In this document: positions 1 to 9,293 of the stretch, piece after piece
Layout of the letters: each line of letters begins with the position of its first letter
Position numbering within the stretch: the stretch's first letter is position 1
Origin: Candidatus Bathyarchaeota archaeon
Lineage (GTDB): Archaea; Thermoproteota; Bathyarchaeia; 40CM-2-53-6
Reading direction: 5' to 3'
Assembly: GCA_005888755.1 (NCBI GenBank)
Contig: VBBQ01000027.1
Span: forward strand, 5,178-69,177
DNA length: 64,000 nt
Notes under the pieces: model-generated
What the model was told of the DNA's origin: nothing
Database searches by the model: none
What the model saw: only the letters and a program-made list of their open reading frames with translations
Program-made: the position numbers and the translations under genes

Positions 1-211
1 CCTTTTGTCCGTCCCGGACCTTGGGTTTTCCCTCGCAGCCTAGGAGCTTGAGGAGAATAATAGACTCAGATAGGCCAGCAACAACGGCTCGTTCTTTGCA
101 GATCACAGTCCCAGTCGCCTTTGCTTTCGGATCAACAAGCGCATCCGTAGTAATGTCTCCATGACCGATGTCCTCGTCCAGAAATCCTCTCAACGCGTCT
201 TCGATCAACAT
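1..211 (-). CDS. nadC: nicotinate-nucleotide (quinolinate) pyrophosphorylase, N-terminal part; 3' end lies beyond the window start
   Basis: Reverse-strand translation from the ATG at 211 gives MLIEDALRGFLDEDIGHGDITTDALVDPKAKATGTVICKERAVVAGL..., the characteristic NadC N-terminus. The ORF runs off the window edge. Confidence 0.65.
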   Translation of the reverse strand, partial: MLIEDALRGFLDEDIGHGDITTDALVDPKAKATGTVICKERAVVAGLSESIILLKLLGCEGKPKVRDGQK

Positions 212-259
212 TCTACACGTCACTTCACAAGAGGAAATGATTCGCTCATCAATAATGAG

Positions 260-661
260 CTATGCTTCTGTCTCGATTTCTCCGCGGTGGACCTCGTGGC
301 CGCATGAGCCTAGAAAAATGTCCAGTCCGTCCGGGACTGCATCCCTTCGATAGGGACTTACGTGGACGAACACTCCTTCGCGGTGATCGATAGGACACTC
401 TGCTTTGATGAGATTCTTCGCCTTGGTTCTGGGACGCTGTCTGGAAACCGGATCCAACCTCGCGGACAGTTTCTCAATCTTGAGCCCTAGAAGTCCCGCA
501 TATAGGCCTCCGATGCAGAAAATTCCGCTTCCCGCTAATAGTCCTATTACACCTGTCTGACCAAGAGCGTCGCTAGATGTCATTGCAAAGTAGAGAGTCA
601 CTAGAGGGGTGATTACGGCTACTCCGATAATTATCTTGCCCATGATGGAGAGAAAGCCCAT
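260..661 (-). CDS. hypothetical small membrane protein
   Basis: 133-aa ORF with two or three hydrophobic segments rich in Gly, Ile and Leu. No recognisable motif. Confidence 0.35.
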   Translation of the reverse strand: MGFLSIMGKIIIGVAVITPLVTLYFAMTSSDALGQTGVIGLLAGSGIFCIGGLYAGLLGLKIEKLSARLDPVSRQRPRTKAKNLIKAECPIDHREGVFVHVSPYRRDAVPDGLDIFLGSCGHEVHRGEIETEA

Positions 662-711
662 GTTTTTCCAGCTCCCAGCGACGATATCTCTAGATAGAAA
701 TGTCTTGGTTC

Positions 712-1158
712 CTATCGCTTCTTCTTAGAGTCTCTCTCGTTTACAACCATCTCAACGTGTTCAATGATTGTTTTGAGAGTGGTGCCAGGGCCGAAATTGC
801 CAGTGATACCCTGCTTCTCCAAGAGCGGCTTATCCTCATCTGGAATAATTCCGCCGCCCACCAGCAAGATATCGTTTCCACCTTTCTCCCTGATGAGCTT
901 GGCAACCTTAGGAAAGGCGGTCATGTGAGCGCCGTTGAGAAGACTCATAGCTACAACGTCAACATCCTCGTCGATAGCCATCTGCGCAACCTGCTCGGGC
1001 GTCGCCAGAAACCCGGTGTATATTACTTCCATGCCTGCGTCCCGGAAGGCCCGTGTCAGAACTAGAGCACCTCTATCATGGCCGTCCAGTCCAGGCTTCG
1101 CCACAAGGATTCGAATCCTCTTGGAGGGTTTGATGGTCGGCTTCCTTTGCGAGGGCAT
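712..1158 (-). CDS. methylmalonyl-CoA mutase, C-terminal B12-binding subunit (cobalamin-binding domain protein)
   Basis: IRILVAKPGLDGHDRGALVLTRAFRDAGMEVIYTGF... matches the canonical B12-binding (DxHxxG) domain of archaeal MCM small subunits. Length 148 aa. Confidence 0.88.
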   Translation of the reverse strand: MPSQRKPTIKPSKRIRILVAKPGLDGHDRGALVLTRAFRDAGMEVIYTGFLATPEQVAQMAIDEDVDVVAMSLLNGAHMTAFPKVAKLIREKGGNDILLVGGGIIPDEDKPLLEKQGITGNFGPGTTLKTIIEHVEMVVNERDSKKKR

Positions 1159-1213
1159 TGGAGCGTTCTGATCTTCGGATGAACCTTTCCGCTAATAAGG
1201 ACTATCGGGTTTG

Positions 1214-2305
1214 CTAGTTGTACAGTTCGTCATATCGCTTGTATTTCCAGTATGCTATTGATGCAATCCATGATACTACAAATATGCCGATTATTCCGAA
1301 TCCCATTGTCTCAAAGTCTAGGGTCCCAAGCGAGCTCCAAAACGGACCGGTCAGCTTCAACTCACTGGAGAGTACCTGAAGGAGTTCAATTCCGCCGATC
1401 GCAAAGGCGACCGCGACGGAGATGATGGTCACGGTCAGGTTGTAGTATATCTTCCGAATCGGCCGGAGAAACGCCCACCCGTACGCGGTAAGCATGGTGA
1501 TTCCATCGGTCATGTCGACCAGTACCATTCCACACGTGAACATGAAGGGAAGTACCAGGATCATCCATAGGGGAACGGCGGATGAGACTCCGACCCCAAC
1601 GGTGATGGCTATCAAGGCGATCTCACTGGCTGTGTCGAAGCCGAGTCCGAACAGAACACCTATGGGATAGATCTGCCAGGGTTCACGTACGATCTTGAAT
1701 AGTCCTTTGAAGTAGCGGTTTAGGAATCCCCTATTTTCCAGGAGACTTTCCAGTTCCGACTCGTTCATTTTCCCCCTTTTCAGGGTTGTGAACATCCGAT
1801 AGATTCCTAGGACAATGACGACGTTGATGAGTCCGATGAGAAAGAGGAAGATTCCGGAGACTGTTGTTCCGATTATCGCGCCGCTGGTTCGGAGTGCCGG
1901 GATCTGGTCTTTTATCGCGTTCGTAGCGAGAATGAGGGAGATAATGAGACCGACAACGACGGTCGAGTGTCCGAGGGAGAACCACATGCCAACAGTAAGA
2001 GGACGCTTACCCTCCTGGAGTAACTTGCGAGTTGTGTTGTCGATCGCGACAATGTGATCTGCGTCAACCCCGTGGCGCAATCCGAACGTGAAGGCGAGGA
2101 CTCCGAGTCCGGCGAGCAAGGCGGATAGTTGTCCTATGATAATTGAGGCAGCGAGGCCGATGAGGGTGGCGACGCCGAGGACGGAGTATATGATGGAGAT
2201 TCTGATCTTCTCCGCTGTTGAGAGTCCAAACGTTGAACGATTTAACTGGGTTTCAGTCAAACTAGGAGACGCCCACGCCTCTCCAAGAGCCATTACAGCT
2301 CCCAC
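1214..2305 (-). CDS. NiCoT-family high-affinity nickel/cobalt transporter (HoxN/HupN/NixA type)
   Basis: Polytopic membrane protein carrying the NiCoT signature RHGVDADHIVAIDNTTRKL (HxxxxDH) in TM2. Confidence 0.82.
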   Translation of the reverse strand: MGAVMALGEAWASPSLTETQLNRSTFGLSTAEKIRISIIYSVLGVATLIGLAASIIIGQLSALLAGLGVLAFTFGLRHGVDADHIVAIDNTTRKLLQEGKRPLTVGMWFSLGHSTVVVGLIISLILATNAIKDQIPALRTSGAIIGTTVSGIFLFLIGLINVVIVLGIYRMFTTLKRGKMNESELESLLENRGFLNRYFKGLFKIVREPWQIYPIGVLFGLGFDTASEIALIAITVGVGVSSAVPLWMILVLPFMFTCGMVLVDMTDGITMLTAYGWAFLRPIRKIYYNLTVTIISVAVAFAIGGIELLQVLSSELKLTGPFWSSLGTLDFETMGFGIIGIFVVSWIASIAYWKYKRYDELYN

Positions 2306-2365
2306 CGAATATCGACAGGTTGTCTCGACCTGATCCTTCGATGAGGTAATATAAAGTCTTAAGTT

Positions 2366-2406
2366 AGTAATACTTCTAGTCGACTCGACTCATGTTGAGT
2401 AATACT
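2366..2406. promoter_or_regulatory. candidate NikR operator / divergent promoter region: AGTAATACT direct repeat (2366-2374 and 2398-2406) flanking a TCGACTCGACT tandem
   Basis: The repeats were seen directly in the 118-bp gap between the divergent NiCoT and nikR starts. The second copy is about 20 bp upstream of the nikR start. Confidence 0.3.
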
Positions 2407-2423
2407 GTGAGGCGAGTCAAGGT

Positions 2424-2849
2424 TTGGTATTGAATGATGAAGGAGTTACCAGAATCAGTATGTCCCTGCCACCCGAGCTTCTCGAAGCCTTCGACAAGGC
2501 CTCCCAGCAGAGTGGTTACAGGGATCGATCCAAGGCTATCCAAGCGGCAATGCGATCTTTCATATCAGATTTCGAAACAGGTATCAGAGGAGGCCACATT
2601 GTAGGCTCCATTGTCATGGTCTACAACCATGAGACTCATGGTGCTGACGAGGGAATCACGGAAACGTCCCACCATCACAGACAGTCAATCCTCTCCTCAC
2701 TCCACGCCCACATCGATGCAGCACATTGCCTATGCGCACTACTTGTCCGCGGCAAGGTCCAAGACATCACGAGACTCGAAGGAGAGCTGAAGCGCCAGAA
2801 GGGAATCATGCAAGTCAAATCATCCTATCTCAAAACAGAATCCGTATAA
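2424..2849 (+). CDS. nikR: nickel-responsive transcriptional regulator NikR (ribbon-helix-helix plus His-rich metal-binding C-domain)
   Basis: N-terminal RISMSLPPELLEAFD RHH motif and a C-terminal domain with HETHGADEG...HHHRQSILSSLHAHIDAAHC His/Cys ligands. Divergent from the NiCoT transporter. Confidence 0.75.
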   Translation: MVLNDEGVTRISMSLPPELLEAFDKASQQSGYRDRSKAIQAAMRSFISDFETGIRGGHIVGSIVMVYNHETHGADEGITETSHHHRQSILSSLHAHIDAAHCLCALLVRGKVQDITRLEGELKRQKGIMQVKSSYLKTESV

Positions 2850-2877
2850 GATTCCACTTTTGAGAGGGAGAATTAGC

Positions 2878-3402
2878 ATGAGAGAACTGGTCGTATCAGA
2901 GTTCGTGACCCTGGACAGGGTGGCGGAGGAACCTGGCAAGTGGTTCCTTCCCGTTCTGGAATGAAGAGATCAGCTAGTTCAAATTCGATGAGCTGTTTTC
3001 GAGAGACGCTCTTGCCCTGAGACGAGTAACCTACCAAGGTTTCGCAGCAGCCTGGCCATCCATGATTGATGATGCAGGCTACGCTAAGAGAATGAACACT
3101 CTTCCCAAGCATGTTGTTTCAAGAACACTGGAAAAGCTTGAGTGGAATAATTCACATCTGATGGAAGGCTATATTCAGAAAGAAGCATCCAAGCTGAAAC
3201 CTCTTGATCTTTGGAAGCGGCCAACTCGTAAACGCCCTAATGCATCATGACTGATTGATGAATATCGGCTCTTGGTCTACCCGATTGTTCTGGGCAGTGG
3301 GCGTCTCTTCAGCGACTCCAACAAAGCGACCTTGAAAGTTGTAGAAGCAAAGACGTTCGGGTCCGGAGTTGTGCTGCTTCGCTATCAACCCAACAGAAAG
3401 TA
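2878..3402 (+). pseudogene. RibD C-terminal-domain / dihydrofolate-reductase-like family gene disrupted by at least 3 frameshifts
   Basis: Conceptual translation is split over three frames: MRELVVSEFVTLDRVAEEPGKWFLPVLE*, then ...GYEGFAAAWPSMIDDAGYAKRMNTLPKHVVSRTLEKLEWNNSHL..., then ...LIFGSGQLVNALMHHD*/LIDEYRLLVYPIVLGSGRLF...FGSGVVLLRYQP. Joined, the pieces reconstruct a typical YwjB/RibD_C protein. Confidence 0.65.
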
Positions 3403-3404
3403 AT

Positions 3405-4316
3405 CTAAGCGGCGATTCTTGTTGCCGATGTCAAATACGCTTTGCCACCGTTGGCGTGGAGTCGGGTGGCGAACAATGCATCTCGAATGTAGTTGATATC
3501 GAACAGCGGGGAGAACGTTGATTCGATCTCCTCCCTGGTAACCCTTCTCGGTCCGCCCCAGTTGATTGGCTCCTTCTCACTGAAGCAGAGCATGAAGTAT
3601 TTTCCTCTCCGGGCTAGGACCCAAGCGACTTCCCGCGCATAAACTGGCCTGTCATAGTCGGGGAACGTGTGGAAGAGTCCTGAATCAATGACATTGTCGA
3701 AGACGCTATCTTTGATGTCTAGCGAGAGCGCGTTTCCCTCTCGGAAGTTGACTTTCAGCTTTCTCTCAGCAGCCTTCGCTCTTGCCGCAACAATCGCGCG
3801 GCTTGTCAGGTCGACTCCGATCACTGCGAATCCTTTCTCGGCAAGATAGAGCGCGTTCTCCCCTGTTCCGCAACCAACCTCAAGACCCTGCCACTTTTTC
3901 AGTCCTGCAGCACTCACGAGATCGATAAATGCCGGCGGCGGAAGGCCGGCACCCCATGGCAGGATAGTATGGTCTTGTAAGCGTCTTCCGGTTCCGTCAA
4001 GTCTCCGGTTGCTCGAGGGACCAGACTTGCTCTCATCAACTCCGGGGATTACCGTCGTCGTCGGGTTCCCCTTCACAGCTTCAACTGAGAGCCCTTGCGC
4101 CATAGAGGCCCATAGCCTCTTCTCGGCAGTGAACGGTCGAACCTCAACCGCCCCCTCACGCCCGTAGCGTGGTAGCTTGGCCCATTGCCAGGCAAGGATT
4201 TTACGGTGGCCAACCAACCATCTATCCCAGTTCAGACCTGTCACCACGTCAGAGTCACTCCCCTCATCCCAACGTGACAGGCTCATACGACGACCGCCTA
4301 ACGTGTAAAGAGTCAT
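3405..4316 (-). CDS. class I SAM-dependent methyltransferase (TehB-like); N-terminal about 90 codons of the ORF probably not native and overlap an IS605 right-end-like fragment
   Basis: LEVGCGTGENALYLAEKGFAVIGVDLTSRAI is SAM-binding motif I. The upstream part of the ORF contains EAVKGNPTTTVIPGVDESK, encoded by DNA about 90% identical to the 3' end of tnpB at about 22982-23040. Confidence 0.65.
   Translation of the reverse strand: MTLYTLGGRRMSLSRWDEGSDSDVVTGLNWDRWLVGHRKILAWQWAKLPRYGREGAVEVRPFTAEKRLWASMAQGLSVEAVKGNPTTTVIPGVDESKSGPSSNRRLDGTGRRLQDHTILPWGAGLPPPAFIDLVSAAGLKKWQGLEVGCGTGENALYLAEKGFAVIGVDLTSRAIVAARAKAAERKLKVNFREGNALSLDIKDSVFDNVIDSGLFHTFPDYDRPVYAREVAWVLARRGKYFMLCFSEKEPINWGGPRRVTREEIESTFSPLFDINYIRDALFATRLHANGGKAYLTSATRIAA
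4036..4115 (-). repeat. solo copy of IS200/IS605 right-end / omega-RNA-scaffold-like sequence (about 75 bp)
   Basis: catcaactccggggattaccgtcgtcgtcgggttccccttcacagcttcaactg...ccttgcgcc aligns with catcgactccagggattaccgtaggcgtcgggttccccttcacagcttcaactg...ccttgcgcc at 22975-23045, same orientation. Flanking sequence is unrelated. Confidence 0.55.
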
Positions 4317-4520
4317 ACGGCGAAAATAACGATTAGAGACGACCGAAGCTATCGCCTAACAACAACCGAAGAGTTGGCAGTGTTCGTTCTCCCAAGAGCT
4401 CAAGGGCGGTCGAACGCGCTCATCGATGCCCGATTCAAGTACGTTGTGGAGCGGGAGTATTGGTCAGAGCACACTTGTCAGGCTTGAGTTGCAAAAAGAC
4501 TCTTTAGAGGAGCATGCGAC

Positions 4521-5603
4521 TTGATTCATGAGCCTGATTTGGAACAGCTTCAGAAAGAAAGCCTGGTCTCACCAACTGTCTCGAGATGGTTGCTCGAAGA
4601 GAACGAGCCCTCCAGTCAATACTTCACTCTCACCGAGCTGATGGATCGCGACAAGCGAGACGTCGCCGTCCGTAGGGCAGGAGAGAAGATTGGAAAAGAG
4701 GGATGGGCGGCAAGGATTTTTGCGAAGCAGAAAGAGAATACTTACTGGGAGAACAAGGAGTCCTGTTATGTTCCAAAGTTCACCGGTACAGGATGGCAGC
4801 TACCGGTTCTAGCCGACCTTGGAGTATCCTCAGAGGATCCGAGATTTGCGAAAGCTGTAGACCACTTTTTGGAGCTTCACAACGTTGAGTCCGGCGGGTT
4901 TTCCATCCGTCCTAGAAATCAGAAGGGGTTCGAGCCGCATGTCTGCAACACGGGCAACATGGTCCGGGCCCTCGCGAAGGCAGGATATTCGAAGGATGAT
5001 AGGGTTCGGAAGGCCATGAGCTGGCTTCTCTCCAAGCAGCTATCCGATTCCGCATGGAACTGTGCCCCATCTGGCAAGCACGGATCCTTCCTTGCTACTG
5101 TGGAGCCTATGTGGGCCCTCTCCGAGATGATCAAGCACGAACCGAGAGAAGAATGGAAAGAGGCTGCAGCCAAATCCTCCGAGTTTGTTCTCAGACACAA
5201 GGTCTACAAGTCCGACAGGGACGAGTCGGTTGTTCTCTTCGATTTTCTGAAGATACACTATCCTACGCACTACTGTTACGATTTCCTTCATGGACTGAGG
5301 GTTCTAGCGGAATTGGGAATTGCTCGAGACGAGAGAATGGATGATGCGCTCAGAATGTTACGCGCGAAACAGCTCGTAGATGGGAGGTGGCCCCTGGAGG
5401 CGGTGTACCGAGGCTGGCGTCAATCCCATCCAATGCATGGAACAGAAACAGTGTCAAGACCTGAAGAGCGAGAGCTCGTGACGGAAGGATGGGGAACCGA
5501 CCATACTTCACAATTGGAAGAGGCGGGCAAGCCAAGCAAATGGGTGACACTCCAAGCGTTGCTCGTTATGAAACGATTCGGACTGCTTGACTCGTCATCC
5601 TAG
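4521..5603 (+). CDS. prenyltransferase / squalene-cyclase-like alpha-alpha toroid repeat protein
   Basis: Repeated QxxxxxW-type motifs (SKQLSDSAWN, AKQLVDGRWP, ENTYWEN) and ESGGFS, typical of PFTB/terpene-cyclase repeats. Confidence 0.5.
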   Translation: MIHEPDLEQLQKESLVSPTVSRWLLEENEPSSQYFTLTELMDRDKRDVAVRRAGEKIGKEGWAARIFAKQKENTYWENKESCYVPKFTGTGWQLPVLADLGVSSEDPRFAKAVDHFLELHNVESGGFSIRPRNQKGFEPHVCNTGNMVRALAKAGYSKDDRVRKAMSWLLSKQLSDSAWNCAPSGKHGSFLATVEPMWALSEMIKHEPREEWKEAAAKSSEFVLRHKVYKSDRDESVVLFDFLKIHYPTHYCYDFLHGLRVLAELGIARDERMDDALRMLRAKQLVDGRWPLEAVYRGWRQSHPMHGTETVSRPEERELVTEGWGTDHTSQLEEAGKPSKWVTLQALLVMKRFGLLDSSS

Positions 5604-5606
5604 GAT

Positions 5607-6401
5607 CTAGAATACAGATCTGATCAATCCCCCGTCGATTGCGAGCATCGTTCCGTTGATGTAGCCCCCCTTGTCGCTCGCCAGATACGCGACGAGATAA
5701 CCAACTTCCTCCGAAAGTCCATACCTACCCGCAGGCACGTCGTGGAGCATCTGTTTCATCGCGTCATCCACGCTCTTTCCCGATCTTGATGCGAGATCGG
5801 TTGCGACCTGTCTCTGCCTGTCCGTGAGTATGTGTCCCTGCATGATACCGTTCGAGGTTATTCCCTTTGAACCGTACTCTAGTGCAAGAGATTTTGACAA
5901 TCCGGCAAGGCTCAATCTTATCGTGTTGGACAAGACCAGATTCGGGACAGGCTGCCGCAGGGTTGAGGAAGTGATGTAGATCAATCTCCCCCACTTGTCT
6001 TGAACCATTCCGGGAACAACCCGCTTCGTCAGCAATACAGCACTCATCAGAAGCAGCTTCACACCGTTCTCCCAATCTGAGTCGCCGAGGTCAGCGAAGG
6101 TCCCGGGTTTCGGCGGGCCAGTATTGTAAGCAAGAATATCTATGGTCCCAAATCTGCTGGTTGCGATATCAACTAGGTGATCAATATCCTCTTTGAGAGT
6201 CAGGTCTGCTTTCATCGCAAATACATTGTTGTTTCCAGTTTCCTTTACAATGACTTCACGAGCCTTTGAGATAGAGTCCTGATTGCGGGAAGAGACTACA
6301 ACTTTGCATCCTTCTGCGGCGAGAACTTTTGCAACACCGAGCCCTATTCCCTTGCTTGACGCCGGGACCAGGGCCACCCTGTTCTTGAGTCCAAGTTCCA
6401 A
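5607..6401 (-). CDS. short-chain dehydrogenase/reductase (SDR) family oxidoreductase
   Basis: N-terminal Rossmann motif ALVPASSKGIGLGVAKVLAAEGCKVVV and an SDR-like catalytic region (YxxxK context). 264 aa. Confidence 0.8.
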   Translation of the reverse strand: MELGLKNRVALVPASSKGIGLGVAKVLAAEGCKVVVSSRNQDSISKAREVIVKETGNNNVFAMKADLTLKEDIDHLVDIATSRFGTIDILAYNTGPPKPGTFADLGDSDWENGVKLLLMSAVLLTKRVVPGMVQDKWGRLIYITSSTLRQPVPNLVLSNTIRLSLAGLSKSLALEYGSKGITSNGIMQGHILTDRQRQVATDLASRSGKSVDDAMKQMLHDVPAGRYGLSEEVGYLVAYLASDKGGYINGTMLAIDGGLIRSVF

Positions 6402-6458
6402 GATGGCCCCTGCTCATGATCTGATGAGATTAAAGTTGATACTAGTTGTGGGATTGTA

Positions 6459-7214
6459 ATGGATCCCAGGGCCTACCTCGAACGAATCGGGTATAGTGGG
6501 TCAACCGGACCGACCGTGAATGTTATGCGCAAACTTCACAGGAAGCATCTGCTCTCAATCCCGTTTGAGAATCTCGACATACACTTGCACAAGCCGATTG
6601 TCTTGAGCCGGGCAGCCTTCTACGACAAGATCATCAGACATCATCGCGGAGGGTTCTGCTACGAGCTGAACGGGTTATTTGCCACGCTACTAAGAGAGCT
6701 GGGTTTCAAAGTGTCCATGCATTCAGCGCGCGTCGCCGGGAAAGACGGAGGCTTCACTCCGGACTTCGATCACATGACCCTTCTTGTGCAACTCAAGGAG
6801 CCATGGCTCGCCGACGTTGGGTTCGGGGACTCTTTCACGGAACCAAAACGACTCGACATATCAGGCCCTCAAACCGACCATGGAAGAGACTACCGCGTCA
6901 TTAGCAAAGGAAGTTGGACATTATTGGCTCGGAGAAATGAGGAGAATGGTCTATGGGAAGCTCAATACAAATTCGGCCCCAGGCCACGAAAGCTGAGTGA
7001 ATTTGCCCAGCGATGCGTCTGGCAACAAACCTCTCCAAGATCTCATTTCAAAAAAGGTCGGGTGTGCACTCGCCTAACTTCCAACGGAAGACTGACGCTT
7101 ACCGACACGAAGTTCATCGTGACACGAGGCAGCAAGAAGGATGAGCGACTGCTCAGGAATGTTGATGAGTTTCCTGTACTGCTTCGCAGGCATTTTGGTA
7201 TCAGCTTGAACTGA
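6459..7214 (+). CDS. arylamine N-acetyltransferase (NAT family)
   Basis: RGGFCYELNGLFATLL contains the NAT catalytic-Cys motif. FENLDIHL and DHM... motifs are also present. Confidence 0.82.
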   Translation: MDPRAYLERIGYSGSTGPTVNVMRKLHRKHLLSIPFENLDIHLHKPIVLSRAAFYDKIIRHHRGGFCYELNGLFATLLRELGFKVSMHSARVAGKDGGFTPDFDHMTLLVQLKEPWLADVGFGDSFTEPKRLDISGPQTDHGRDYRVISKGSWTLLARRNEENGLWEAQYKFGPRPRKLSEFAQRCVWQQTSPRSHFKKGRVCTRLTSNGRLTLTDTKFIVTRGSKKDERLLRNVDEFPVLLRRHFGISLN

Positions 7215-7220
7215 CAGGAT

Positions 7221-8711
7221 TCAGTTCATTGCAAGGTACTTGTTCTCGAGATAACCTACGAGTCCCGATGGATCATATCCCTTGCCGAACACGCGGTTTA
7301 GCAGTTCCTTTGGAGAGTATGTTGATCCGGGCTTGTGGATGTTTTCCGCCAGCCAGCTCTTCAGCGGTGCAATGCTCTTGTCACCTTTCACCGGGAGCAA
7401 TCCCTTCTTCGTCAGAGCGCTCCATAGCATTCCGGCAATGATGTTTCCGAGAGAATAGCCGGGAAAGGTGGCGAACTGTCCCCAGCTCCAGTGAATATCC
7501 TGGAGAACTCCTTCCGCATCAGTTTCGGGTCTCTTGCCAAGATAGTCCTCAATCATATCATCCCATACAGACGGGAGCTCTGAGACCTTGATTTTTCCCT
7601 CAAGGAGCTTCTTCTCAAGCTCGTATCGCATGGCGACATGGAAGTTGTAGGTCAGCTCGTCCGCTTCCACTCGGATGAGGCTTGGTTTTACAGTATTGAA
7701 GTAAGAGTAGAGTTGCTTCTGGTCATAGCGGGATACAAAGCTCAGATTAGATTTGAGGAGCGGGTAGACGAGTGGGACGAACGCTTTGCTCCTTCCAACG
7801 ACATTCTCCCAGAATCGGGACTGCGACTCATGAACTCCCGCCGATACGCCCGAGGCCGTAGGTGTAAACTGTAGATCATGGTCTACTTGAAGCTCGTAGA
7901 GTGCGTGGCCGCACTCGTGCATTAGCCCGAACATTGATGCCTTGAAATTTTTAGGTTCGTACCTCGTCGTTATTCTCACATCATCGCTCCCAATCCTGAT
8001 CGCAAAAGGATGAGTGGAAACATCCTGCCGGAACCTCTTCTCAGGCATGCCGAGCAGTCGCAGAATTTTCTCGTTCACCTGTTTCAGCGAATTAACATCG
8101 TAATCTACGTCCTCCAAAGCGTGTTTCTCTGGAAAGACCCCTTGAGAGAGAGTCTTGGCCAAGATCTTCTTGAGCTGTGGGATAAGTACGGAGAAAATCT
8201 TGTCAAGATCGGTGACAGTTAGCCCCTCCTCCGAAATATCTAGGAGCGCATTGTACGGGTTTCCCTTGGGGTCAAGATGACCCGCCTCTTCCCGTTTCAG
8301 CTGAGTTATTTTTTCCATGTGAGGCTTGAAGATACTGAAGTCAGATTTCTTTCTCGCTTCTCTCCACGGGATATTCGCATCGATCGTGGCCTTTTGTAAT
8401 TCCTCAACGAGTTTGGGCGGGACTTTCTGGAAGTAGTTGAGTTCTCTCTTGACAACCCGGACAACGCCCTTTTCGGCATCGTTAAGCGCTTTCAGCCTCT
8501 CAGCCTTTTCAACCGGACCCGTCAGGTCAAGGGTCATCTTCTGGCGGAGCAACTCGATCTCGGATTGCGCCTGGCCTCGAGCGCTGGCTCCAGCCTCAGG
8601 CATGTTGATCTCGAGGTCCCAACCCAAGAGGGAGGAGGCGTGAGTCATCGCTGCGATCGACTTGTACCTGGCTAGAAGGTCGAGGACAACAGGATTATTG
8701 AACGGGCTCAT
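7221..8711 (-). CDS. M32 family carboxypeptidase (carboxypeptidase Taq-like metallopeptidase)
   Basis: HECGHALYE (HExxH), HESQSRFWEN and IRVEADELTYNFHV motifs. 496 aa. Confidence 0.88.
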   Translation of the reverse strand: MSPFNNPVVLDLLARYKSIAAMTHASSLLGWDLEINMPEAGASARGQAQSEIELLRQKMTLDLTGPVEKAERLKALNDAEKGVVRVVKRELNYFQKVPPKLVEELQKATIDANIPWREARKKSDFSIFKPHMEKITQLKREEAGHLDPKGNPYNALLDISEEGLTVTDLDKIFSVLIPQLKKILAKTLSQGVFPEKHALEDVDYDVNSLKQVNEKILRLLGMPEKRFRQDVSTHPFAIRIGSDDVRITTRYEPKNFKASMFGLMHECGHALYELQVDHDLQFTPTASGVSAGVHESQSRFWENVVGRSKAFVPLVYPLLKSNLSFVSRYDQKQLYSYFNTVKPSLIRVEADELTYNFHVAMRYELEKKLLEGKIKVSELPSVWDDMIEDYLGKRPETDAEGVLQDIHWSWGQFATFPGYSLGNIIAGMLWSALTKKGLLPVKGDKSIAPLKSWLAENIHKPGSTYSPKELLNRVFGKGYDPSGLVGYLENKYLAMN

Positions 8712-8829
8712 GATAGCGACCCGGCCTCCCGACTCCTGATTACCTAAAAACGTTGAAGCATATGAACCCGCCCGACCGGCAAAAGATAATACTCATCAGA
8801 GTCAAATTGTCAAAGCCGGGAGAAGGACC

Positions 8830-9141
8830 TTGTCTGATTTCATCCGTGTCGCTTCTACAGGTGAGATTCCTGAAGGCCGGATGAAGAAGGTCACTGTCGG
8901 CAATCAACAGGTTCTAGTTGTCAACTTGAAGGGCAAGTATTACGCTATTGGAAATGTCTGTACTCATCTGGGTGGTCCTTTGGACAGGGGTATTCTTGAG
9001 GGTAACGAGGTGGAGTGCCCCTTGCACCATTCACATTTTGATGTCACCAGTGGGCAGGTGAAGAGAGGTCCCGCCACGAGGGCTGAGCCATTCTATGAAG
9101 TCAAGGCTGAAAACGGCAATATCCTAGTAAAACCGAAGTAG
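8830..9141 (+). CDS. Rieske [2Fe-2S] domain protein
   Basis: CTHLGGPL...CPLHHSHFD contains the two CxH boxes of a Rieske ferredoxin. 103 aa. Confidence 0.8.
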   Translation: MSDFIRVASTGEIPEGRMKKVTVGNQQVLVVNLKGKYYAIGNVCTHLGGPLDRGILEGNEVECPLHHSHFDVTSGQVKRGPATRAEPFYEVKAENGNILVKPK

Positions 9142-9293
9142 TAGCAGGAGTAATCCCCAGTGCGCCTGAGCCTACGACTGTTTGGCACCACAGTTGGTGT
9201 GGAATGCAGCCGCACTAGGAAACCTGGCCCCACATTAGAAACAGAATTTCCACTCGACCGGAGGTTGTCGCGGTGGAGTAGCTGGGCGGGATG

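Noticed and set aside
1386-2333. Several 60-84-aa ORFs (1386-1568, 1731-1985, 1815-2057, 2088-2333) inside the NiCoT gene on either strand
   Set aside because: They are shadow ORFs in other frames or the opposite strand of a well-supported 363-aa transporter gene, with arginine- and proline-rich low-complexity translations.
5764-6075. 103-aa minus-strand ORF within the SDR gene region
   Set aside because: It is an alternative frame of the same strand region as the SDR. The Cys/Arg-rich translation has no motif, and the SDR frame carries the Rossmann and catalytic motifs.
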